Below are positions 49,701 to 60,801 of a stretch of 64,000 bases of DNA, piece after piece. Below the pieces are notes generated by a model. That model was not told where the DNA came from and ran no database searches. It saw nothing but the letters and a program-made list of their open reading frames with translations. The position numbers and the translations under genes were made by a program. Position 1 is the stretch's first letter. Each line of letters opens with the position of its first letter. Source of the stretch: Geosiphon pyriformis uo1 (Eukaryota > Fungi > Glomeromycota); the NCBI GenBank assembly GCA_016748015.1, contig JAAOMT010000134.1:1-64000 (forward strand), in the 5' to 3' direction.

Positions 49701-50230
49701 AGAAAATAAAAATAAGAAATAAGTGTTTTGTCAATAGCTGTGATTAAGAGCTATTGTGTTAGCAGATTAAATAATAGATAATAACATGGATTTAAAAAAT
49801 TGAAGAGATATTTTATTGATATAATTTTATTTGAAAAGAAGAGTATTTAATAATTATGATTTGTAAGTCTAATTAACTTTGAAAGTCTAATTTTTTCTGG
49901 ATGTCTTTCTAATTTCTATAGCTACTTGTTTTTATACATTTTTTTGGTTTTACAAGATTGCTTTCTGACTATTCTGTTATTGCTAACTATTGCTTTGCTA
50001 TTTCTGTAATTGCTTTATTTTTCTATATTATTACTAATTATCCTATGTTATAATATGTTATCTGGTATTATAACATGTTATTTTGTGTTATTTTATATTA
50101 TAACACGTTATTCTGCATTATCCTAAATTATAATGTGTTATTTAATATTATTGCACATTATTCTGTGTTATGTCACATTTTGGTCACGTTTTTTTATAAC
50201 TTTGAATTGGTTTTTTTTACTCAGATAACA
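46741..50230 (-). mobile_element. Element D, non-autonomous LTR retrotransposon (family-C-related deletion derivative)
   Basis: LTRs at 46741-47724 and 49256-50230, PBS 49238-49253, PPT near 47728-47740, TSD CTGT/CCAT (ancestral CCGT). The 1.5-kb interior has no RT or IN. Confidence 0.88.
48400..49120. repeat. 87-bp tandem repeat with 174-bp alternating higher-order unit inside D
   Basis: Equivalent positions at 48617, 48704, 48791, 48878, 48965 and 49052, alternating ggtaagttt and a(g)taatttt variants. Confidence 0.9.
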
Positions 50231-53039
50231 CCATAAGCATTGAAGAAAGAAACCAGTAAAGCTAACTTCCTTTTAGATTGCATTTGCTTGAAAGATTTCA
50301 AACCATACAAAAAAGAGTAATGTAAAGTCTTATTGGGAAAATTATGTGGCAAATTAGTCTTAAATCTAAGACTTTTTCTGATTATAACATTCCACTTGCA
50401 ATATAAATTTGATGAAATAAAACCAAATTGCATCTGATAACTAACTATGGGCTGGAAAACTGCTGAGATCAAATAAGAAAATTGTTTATTTGTAATAGTT
50501 TTTTTAAGCACCACATTTGAGAAAAACCTAACATCTGCATAAATCTGGACCAAACTAGGCTTAGAGAAACTCTCTGTAGACAAAAAGCTGTCTAAGTATC
50601 TGTGTAATTTACTCTATTTAACAATCAAAATCAGTAAACTATTAAGCAAAAATAAGACAGTTTTAACTCCTTGATTAATCGGAATAGCCACTGTTTTATT
50701 ATTATTGATAGAAATATTATTGATAACAAAAAACTCATTAATAATATTTAAAATATATTGTGTAGAAGTCTGATAGCATCTGACCCAAATAGTATTATCA
50801 ACAAAGGCATCAGCAGCCAAAAAAAAATTCTTCCCCCTAACAGTCTTAACTCTGCCAGTTTTTGCCACAAATTTTGTATTAATATGGTAGCCATACAAAT
50901 ATTCATGTCTCTTAACTTTACACAAAAGTGGATCATAGAATATCTATCAAAGAAATGGGAAAAAAACTTTATCTTAATCCAAACTATTATAGATCCTATA
51001 ACTATTTAAGAGGCCAAAATCTGTTATTATTCTGTTGATTCGATTTTTATGAATGCTGCCAAAAAACTTGATAAATTGACTGCACATTTTAATGTGATAT
51101 AAACTAGTCTTTAAATGATGCCAGTTTACTGAATCATAAGCTTTATACATGTTTTGCAACACCAACCAAAGTTCTTTATTCTTTTTCAAAGTGTTTTCAA
51201 CAATTGAACCAACAGCAAAAATAAGAGACTGAGTTAAGGTACTCTTTAATACCAAAAAATTATTACTGCAAAAAACATTAAATTTGCTGTAGGCTAACAA
51301 TATCTAATTAGAAAAGATCTTAGACAAGATTTTCTAGGCAGTCTCAATTAATGCAATAAGTCTAGTATTGGTTAAAACACCATTTTATTCATAGAGTTTT
51401 GGAATCATTAAAACCCATGCTCTCTTTTAAGGAATTGAAACTGCACTCAAAGACAAGCATAAATTCAATACCTTTAAGAAACAAGCCAACACCTTATTAC
51501 TGCAGTGCTTCCAAAATTCATTAGATATCTCTGATAATCCAGCAGCCTTATTATTTGACAAATTATCAACAACCAAAGACAGTTCTTTTATATTAATCTC
51601 TTTTATTACATTAAAAGAAGCATTATTATTAACATAATTCAGAGACATATATTGACAAGACCAAAGATTGGGCATTTTTGGAAGCATTGTCTGTTTTTTT
51701 GTCCACTCTTTCATAATTTCATCTATCTTAAACTTTATCTTATTAGGCTCAACCACCAACTCATCTTCAATTACCAAGTAATCTAAAACAATCTTGCAAA
51801 ATGAATATTTAAGAATAGTTTTAATTATCTGCCTCTTGTCAGAACAGAAATTTTCCATGCATCAGTCAATTATCTTCCTAATAGCTGTGTTCTCAGATGT
51901 TTTTGACTCAAGATACTTAGATTTTTAATACTTTTTTTTAATTATTGACAAATATTTGACCAGATTTATCAAGCTTATACCAATTAGAACTATATTAGCA
52001 ACCTTAGATACTTTAACTTTATTAATATTCAATCAAACTCCAATGAGACAGTCAAAATCCAGAAGATTCTTAAAATTCCAAATTTTCACAATCCTTGCAA
52101 CAAGCAACTCTAATTTAAAAAATTTCAAAGATTGTTTGTTTCTTAAACAATTATATTCACTATATCAATGTTTAGAAAACATTATATTAGCAGTTTATAT
52201 CATGATATCTTTTAGCATCATCTACATCACATCCAAATTATCATCATTTTTTGTATCCTTAAACATGTTTGATTTTATTAACAACTCAGCAGAAAATTAC
52301 TCCTTAAAACACAATCAATAAACTTTATCTGTGTATTCTAACCTAAACTTTCACCAATCCTAATTGGCTTGTTTGTGAGCACTGTTAAGACAAGTATCCA
52401 GAAGTTCTCCTAAACTAATCACAACCAAAACTGCTTTATGATTTGTATCAAAAAACTTTAATACACTATTAATTTTATGTGATGCAATAATATTTTATAG
52501 AAGTATTTTTTTAAATAAAATAGTTAAAAACCAGCTTTTTACTAAATTCAAAACACTTTTTTCAACTTTAAATAAAAAAACTTTTATTTAAAGTTTTTTT
52601 AAGTAATAATCTTAATATAATTGTTATTATTATAAAAAGTTTTAAAATTTTTAATAGTAAATTAATAATTAAATTATTTTTTTATATTAACTTAAATAAC
52701 TAAAAAAACAATTTTTTTTTATAATTGCTAATTTTTTAAGATATTTAAAAAAGTTTTTTTTCTTAGTATTTTCTAAAACATTATTTAAATTCTAAAATTT
52801 ATCTTTTATATTAATCTTATTATAACTGTATTAAATAATATTTAATCTAAATTTGGTTATAAATAATAGTTTTTTTTAAATAATAATAATAATAGTAATA
52901 TATTTGTTAAAATTTAATTAATTATTAATTATATTATTTATTATATTAATTTTTAATTAATTTTTATTGATTAAAAATTAAAAAATTTATGTTTTTATAT
53001 ATGTTTATATCTAATTAAACAAATATTTCTCTTGTTAAT

Positions 53040-54859
53040 TCCCTGACCATAATGAAAACAAAAGATTTTTTGGAAAAATTGCTTTTTTTTTTTCTTTGTT
53101 TTCTCAAGTCATTTTTTCTAACACACCTTTTTTTGTCATGATAAAACCAGTGGGTTTATCTGCTAATGGTTCTGGTTCAGTTTTGGCTGGGTTGGAGATC
53201 CAGTCTGATAATAAAAAAAAGCATATGTTGAGAGTATCTACTCTTATGATCTCTTATTCAAAAAAACAAAAAAACCTGAAATTTCTGATATCATAATAGA
53301 TTTGTTGGCTGGTCTTTTGTCTGTTAACATGTTGTAAGTTACTGGTAATAATCATACTAAATCTTGGGATAGTAAAATAGACAGTAAAGAAAACAGTATT
53401 AGTAAAGTGTCGAATATAGAAAACATAAAAAACACAGTTATTGAAGAAATGAGCTATATTAATTTCAATGCTTCTGAGACAAATAACATGATAGATAACA
53501 TTACTCCAAAAAAAATATGTACAAGAACATATATCTTGAGACAACCACTAAATCTGTTTTCTTTTGATAATTTGAGTAACAATAGTGCTGAATTAGTGCT
53601 TCCAGTACTTAAATTTGTGGGATTCAGAAAATTGTTATTGATTGAATTGCATATTAGGAATATCTGAAATTTTGACTTAAAAAAGTTTTTTGCATTAGAT
53701 GTTAAACTTTCTACTGTATTTGGCAAAACTTTTAGTAATGAGTTGTTGTTTATTAAAAAAGTTTTTTATTAAATTGATGGTTTTAGAGGAGCTTCCACTT
53801 GCTCAAAATTTCTGGAAATTATTAAATCATTTTTTACATCAGAATTTAGTTTAAATAAGGCAAAAGAATTGGCAATCTGTAAAAAAATTCTTGTTAATAA
53901 CAATCTCAAAAAGGTAAACAGTTATTCAGATCAGAAATTAACAATTAAAGAGATTCCAGTTGATCTTCTAAAGTCAACTGTAGAGTCAGTCTTTTCTAAA
54001 TTTGGTAAAATTGTATCAATCAAGATGCAATTGATTGGTCTTTGGCAAAAAACCCTGGTAAAATATGAATCATCTAAGATAGCTGATTTGGTTACAGCTA
54101 GATAGTTTGTGTTCATGAAAAAGAATTCTGTTTGTGTGGCAAAAGTGATTAATAATAAACAAATGTAAGTGTTTAAAGATCAATATTGGGCTTTATTGTA
54201 TACTTTATCTGTTGGTATTACTGTTCATGATTTTACTGGTCTATTAGAATCTTATGATAGAAAAACCTGTTTTATTGGCTGCAATCTAAGTTTATATGTG
54301 CATAATAAATGTGCAATGATTTGTTTTTCTGATAAAACATTCAAGTTGACTGCTATTGGTTTTGTTTCAATTTTTAAGGATGTGAATTTGCATTGGACTG
54401 GTCTTTTTTTGGCTTACTGTGCTCAATACAAACAATTTGGTCATGTTTATAATATTTGTTCTGTGAGTGAGAATTCTGGTATTTATGGTAAGCATGTGGT
54501 AACTATTTAAGATCAGATTTGTTTAGCCAGTATATATAAAAAAAAGCAGGCACCAATTGCTTATCTAGTGTCTTTTGGTGGTAAAACTTGGGCCCAGATT
54601 GTTGGTAGTTCTATTTTTCATATGGTGTCTTTGGTCTCTTCTAGTGTTGGTTTGTCTTTAGACATTCTATCTTTTTTGCTGGTTTCTGTGGAAATAAATA
54701 ATAGGTTTGCTACTTTTAAGTACAGTCTTGTTAGTTTTGCAAAGAAAGTGAATAAGCTGGCTAAGAAGTTGGATACACTTAAACCAATGGTTTCTTAGCT
54801 TAGCTCTGGATGTCTGCCATTGGTGACTTCTTTATTACAGAATTAAGGAGCAAATACAG
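53040..54859 (+). mobile_element. LINE-d 5' end (5' UTR and ORF1 pseudogene), interrupted by E
   Basis: MIKPVGLSANGSG, KEIPVDL..FSKFGKIVSIKMQLIGLWQK and ALLYTL are homologous to LINE-b ORF1. Confidence 0.82.
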
Positions 54860-55705
54860 TATTACTCATAGAATTATAGGGAATATATATTAGCATAGTT
54901 ATTAACCAATCAGAAGTAAACATAGTAAATATGGAATTTCAGGATTCTTCTTAGGAATTACAGGATTCTAGGAATTACAGGATTCTCATGAGGAATCACA
55001 GGATTCCAGAATTCCAGGATTCTTTTTAAAGGAATTGCAGGATTCCAAGAATACCAGGATTCTTGTTGTGAAGAATTGAGGAATTGAGAAATCTCAATTA
55101 TGTATATATAACAGTAGTATGAGAAGCTGAAAAAACAGATCTTCCAGTTTAGATTTCATCTAGACAACCTTCTAAACACAATAAATAACTATTTGGTATC
55201 TCAAACCTAATTCCATTATCAACACTTTATGTTAATAGTAATTGATACTTAAACACACTGGAACAATAGCTCTTGATCATGGCTATTAATGGGATACTAA
55301 CTTGTAAAACCGCCTTGGCTTATTCATTATTTTTTTTTATTTCTTTTTTTTATTTTTATTTTTTATTTTATTGTTATGCACTAATTGGTTGAATAAAGCA
55401 CTAGATTACTGACATCAAAAATTGCCTGGTAAAAAACCCCTGCGAGAGGGTAGAACACGTACAAAAGATACAGAATACTTACTAAAAGATTGCTGGCTAT
55501 TATGCCAAGAGAAGAATTGACAGAATTGCAATTCTGAGAAGCTATGGATAAAACAACTATTGAATCTCTGTCTATTATACAAAAAACTCAAACCAAAACT
55601 TTCAGATACAAAACCTTCAGATTATTAACATCAACACGAATAACTTTTAGCACCAAGTTATAGATTTGTTATTTGATTAGAGACCCCAAATAATTACCTG
55701 TAATA
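54860..55705 (+). repeat. 5' LTR of E
   Basis: Reverse-complement homolog of the C and solo LTRs, with termini decayed to TATT..TAATA. Confidence 0.85.
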
Positions 55706-55766
55706 TTTGGTGCTCTTTGTGAAGTATAATCTTACAGAGAACCAGCACCAACAACCCCATCCAAAA

Positions 55767-58700
55767 GTGGCAGAATCAGAAAACATCAGAGCAAACCATC
55801 TAGGATTTGTGAAATCCTTATTTCAACATTACTATTAATATTTAGAATTAACCCATAATCACATATCAGCAGAATCAGCTTTCAATTTCTATGTCAACAA
55901 AAGGATTGCCTATCTGTTGGGAACATCCATGAATATTGAATCAGCGAGAGAAACTTTTTATAATGAATTAATTCAAAACACCAGCCTACTTACAAATCAT
56001 AATTTCGCATTCATCATCACTGAGATCAACAAAGAAATTAAACACCACACACAGTAAAGATACCTAATTACTTACACAAGTAAAGGCAAAAAAAAACTAC
56101 AAACACCAGCAGTAATACCTCAAAAGATACAACCACCCACTTAGAAGAAAACTAGAGTTAAGTCCCCAAACAACCCATCTTACCACTATACTCTTAGAAG
56201 TGCCATCAATATATCATCAACAGACATGTCCACATCAAATGCAACATCAGCATTTGGACGTTTCCCATTCCAAAGTAAACAAAAGAAAAAGGATCTACTA
56301 GAACTATACAGCGAGTATTTTGAAAAATTTATATCTCAATCACTAATGCCATCAAGATTTCGATTACCACCACCTTAACCAAATTTCAGAATTGTGAGTT
56401 CTTGGGAAATTACTGAATTGGAAGAAGAACAAGAAATAGAAGAGGAAGAAGAATCTGAGGATCAAGAATTTACTTACCAAAACCTGATTCTAGAAAACCC
56501 GGAAATTGAAACTCTGAACTTTCAGACCCAGCCAAATTTGGACAATCAGGAAAATGATACTCTGAATATTCAAACCCCACCAAATCAGAACAATCTAAAC
56601 CCTGAAGTAATTAATCAACACTTACCTCCAGTTATCGTCATTGATTAACTATTCATTGAACCAATTGGCCAGTCTATTCAACCACTGAACCAACAAAATC
56701 AACAACTACCATCAGTATTGCCTCAACAACAACAACAACTTCTACTACCACAGCAACAACAAATGGCTTATGCACCCATCACGAAACTTGACAAATTCAA
56801 TGATGAAGAAGATAATGTCCAAGTCTGGTTAAATGACATAGTCAAAGCCATCACAGCCAATAATTGGGATAATACTAGAGCAATACAAGTGATTTCTTAT
56901 TTTCTCCAGGATACTGCTGATGCATGGTATCAAAGCCTTGCTGTCAAACCCCAAAATTTTAATGGATTCAAAACTGAATTCTTGTGGTACTTTAGCAACA
57001 ATAATAGTATTAACAAATTAACTAACATCTTTACAACTATCAGACAAGGAGACACTGAAGCAGTCACTACCTACTTGGGATGCTTCCATAGAAATCTATG
57101 CCAAATACAAGCCATCCAAGCCAACTATTTCACAGTGCCACAGATTTTAAATCAATTTATTAGAGGATTGTGCAGTAGCATCCTATAATGAGTACGTCTA
57201 ATACATTCAGTGGACCTTCCAACCATAGTCACTTATGCCAGAGATTTTGAAGCAGCTGAACTAGAAGCTAATCACACTTAAGCTGTAAATCTAGCAATGA
57301 ATGGATCATCTGAATTGTAATTCAATTAATCAGAAATTAGAGGGATACTTAGCTAACAATCACACGATTTATCAACCTCCTCAATGGCATAACAATCAGA
57401 GAAATGCAAATCATTTCCAAAATCAGTCACGTCTATTATTATCATCCAATCAGTCATGGCAGCCAGAGATGTGCATCTGTCACAACTGTGGTAAACAAGA
57501 GCACATCAAAGCCAACTGCCATACTTATAGTAATTCATGACCAGAAAATCAATATAAAAACTCTGATCACCAATTCCAGACTCTGAACCATCAACTGAAT
57601 CAAGACCAATACCAACCTAATTATCTGCCTATAATGCACCAACCAATTTATCAACCACCAGTTTATCAAACTCCAGTTTATCAACCACAGTTACAAGCAA
57701 TTTATCAGGCACAACCATAAGTAATATATCAACTGCAGCCACCAGCAATCTATCAAACACCCACCATTCAAACACCACCAGCAAACCCAGCTCAAATGAC
57801 ATCAGAGAACCCAAGATCGAGGATCACCCAAAACTGGAGATCAGCAATGGTTGTACATCAACCAATCCCCAGCTCTTCCCACCAACAGTCAAAATCTTGT
57901 CAGTGGAATTCGGGCATCAGTCCCACCCAAAACCCGAATTCCCAATACTATTTAAGCCTTCTGATAACTCCAGAAGATGCCGCATCCAGCAATCAGGGAA
58001 TCGAACAACAACAACTACCTACCAATAATATCCCATCTGCTATAATCACCAAAAATAAATCTTTGGATGCCATCTTTCCATTCGAACTTAAAGAACCATT
58101 AGATATGTCATTATTCAGTAGAGCAGCACTTGAAGAGAAACCAATCACTGCCATATATCTGATGCCAAGATTGATGACCACTCCATCAAATTAATCCTTA
58201 ATAGTGGTTCAGTAGGCAGCATCATCACATGACAACTCATGAATCAATTAGGTTGCCAAGTTGATTGTACTGTCAGCACCAGAATTATTACCACAGATGG
58301 AGCCACCAAAATTCCAATTGGCGAAATTGATAACTTCTCAATTGAAGTTAATGGCATCATAGTATCTATCAAAGTTCTGGTGATGAAAACCACCTAATAC
58401 CAAGCTTTAGTTGGTAATAACTGGCTATCCAAAACCAATGCCATGCTCGATTGGATGATTTAAGAACTAGTACTCAGCCAGAATGGTCAACACACACAAG
58501 TACCAGCAATGTGTGGTTATTTTAAAGCTACCAACACCACAGCACCACTAATTGACTTTGAAGAAGAAAAACCAAAACCTACCTGGGAAGTGTATTAAGT
58601 CTTATAGGCTGATGAAAAACACAACGAGCTGCTGCCAATACTCTTATGGGATGACAACAGCAAAGAAAAACAGAAGGGAACAGAACTTACCTGAAATGCT

Positions 58701-59012
58701 GACCAAGCCTAGAATACCAACCACGACTTAGAAGAATTACCAAGTTGGGAATGAGATAAGAGAGAAAAAGGGAAAAGAAAAGCGAAGGAAGAGGAGCCAC
58801 TACCAACTGTCAGTTACACTTCTTATACAGATATACCACCACAATTATTGAGCTATTGTAAACCAAAGCTCATATGCATCGATTGTGACAAAAAATTGTT
58901 GTCAATAGGTGCATGCTGTAGTAATGACAAGGAATACCAGATGGCAACTAAGTTTTATTGCCATGCATGTCTCGTTGAATGCTTTCAAAGACCAAAACGA
59001 GTGAGAAAATGG
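55767..59012 (+). pseudogene. gag: E ORF1: N-terminal extension, gag, protease, start of CxxC domain
   Basis: Collinear with C 24387-21150. Confidence 0.83.
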
Positions 59013-59775
59013 TGTTATAGTTAATTATTTGGGGTCTCAAGTCAAATAACAAATCCGTAACTTGGTGCTCAAAAGCTATTTCTGTTGATAATGTTCTGAA
59101 AGTATTATATCTGAAGATTTTGATGGAGTTTTTTGTATAATGGACAGAGATTCAATAGTGATGATGTTCACATGTTCAGCTGTTTTCCAATTTCTTTCTC
59201 AGCATGGTGGCCAGATTTATTCTGGCAGTTATGCCCTTCTGGTAAGCTAATTGATAATATATATAAATCTACTCTTATTTCTGGGTTTTTTACCAGGCTA
59301 TCTGTGACATCAATAACTCAGCACTTTAATCCTTAATCAATTAGTATACAACAATGAAATCAAAGAAAAGAAAGAAAATAAAATAAAGAAAATAAAAGAA
59401 GTTAAAAAAGTAAGCCAAGGTGATTTGCAAGTTAGTATCCCATCAATAGCTGTAATCAAGAGCTATTGTTCTAGTGTGGTTAAGTATCAATTTCTATTAA
59501 CATAAAGTGTTGATAGTGGAAAAAGAATTGTAGTAACAAATAATTATTTATTAGATGATTTGGAATTGGAAAGTTGTTTTGATTAAATCTAAATTGAGAG
59601 GTCTGTCCTTTTAGCTTCTAATACTACTGCTATATATACATAATTGAGATTCCTCAATTCCTCGATTCTTTATGACAAGAATCCTGGAATTCCTGGAATT
59701 TTGCAATTTCTTTGAGAGGAATCCTGGAATTCTGGAATCCTGCAATTTCTTGTGTGAGAATTCTGTAATTCCTGG
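59013..59775 (-). repeat. Family-C LTR (element F or solo LTR), cut by element G
   Basis: Starts TGTTATAG after ATGG and matches the C and solo LTRs up to the GGAATCCT repeats. Confidence 0.88.
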
Positions 59776-60755
59776 TGTTACCAGACGAAATTAGAGATAT
59801 TATTTAGCATGAAATTATCTTATAAATCCTATCATTAATTAGCATATATTATCATTTCAAATTATCACTTATTACATTAGCAAAATGTCTGAAATTATCA
59901 TTTAATTAATAACCCAATTTGTACACAACACAAATGTAACCTAATTGCGATGATCAAATCATGCAATACCCCGAACTATGTAACATTCAAAAGTTTGCCG
60001 AAATTTGTAGAAATTCACCAAAATAATTGATAGTTCACCGAAATATCTAATAGTTTGCAAAAATAACTTGTAGTTTGCCAAAATGCATCTTTAGTTCAGC
60101 AAAATTGTAGAAAATAGCAAAGTTCAAGTTCATAGAATAGTGTTATGACAAGTTGTATAAAAGAAGAACATCTCTCTTCAAAAAAATGTATCTTACTTTA
60201 GATTTATCACTTAGAACTATTCCTACACACACAAAAAGAAATAAATATCAAATAATTTGAAAAACCAAATTTTTTAAATTATTGCATTTGGAAAATCCTC
60301 AAAACCCAACTAACGTTTTGAAATTGATTAGCTACCAATTTCAGTAAACTGTTAGTGACTCCAGGCCTGAATAGAAAACGTTTTTCTTGACAAAATTCTA
60401 TTTCTTTTACATTTCTTTTATTTTTTTATTTTTTTTTATTACAATTATTAAGGTAGCCTACAGACAAGATTCCTGTAGAAGAGTTGACTTTCACAGCAAA
60501 GTAACTACACATTTTTAGTGAGCTTCGAGATGAGCAATTTCTGGGAAAGAGTTGACATTTACTACAATGTAACTACATAAAGCAACTGGCATGGAATTGG
60601 CTATTCCATTCATAAGCCCAACAAGTTCAAATTATAGAAGATAATTTGAAGATAAATTCAGTTACTGGAGGTCCAACTACTTCCTGGAAACGTGAATTCA
60701 CAGCAAACAGGCATCAACAACATTCAAAAAAGGAGACCAAAAACCTTCAGTAACA
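59776..60755 (+). repeat. 5' LTR of G
   Basis: TGTTACCAG...CAGTAACA, reverse complement of the B LTR. Confidence 0.93.
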
Positions 60756-60801
60756 TTTGGTGCTCTCTTATGGAAATAACACAACAACAACAAAATTCAA
60801 A

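Larger units (their letters stand above)
44790..52490 (-). mobile_element. LINE-c, 5'-truncated ORF2 pseudogene (APE part, RT, RNase H, ZnF, 3' UTR), split by element D
   Basis: VLQNMYKAYDSV, AFVDNT, VYTNGSL and CLLY..DHVFVC. 3' UTR matches LINE-b. The frame rejoins across D. Confidence 0.85.
54860..59012 (+). mobile_element. Element E (family C), 5' part: LTR 54860-55705, PBS, gag, protease, start of CxxC domain; interrupted by F
   Basis: LTR homologous to C, TTTGGTGCTCT at 55706, VAESENIRANHLGF, MAYAPITKLDKF, CHNCGKQEHIKANC and LIL(N)SGSVG. Confidence 0.88.
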
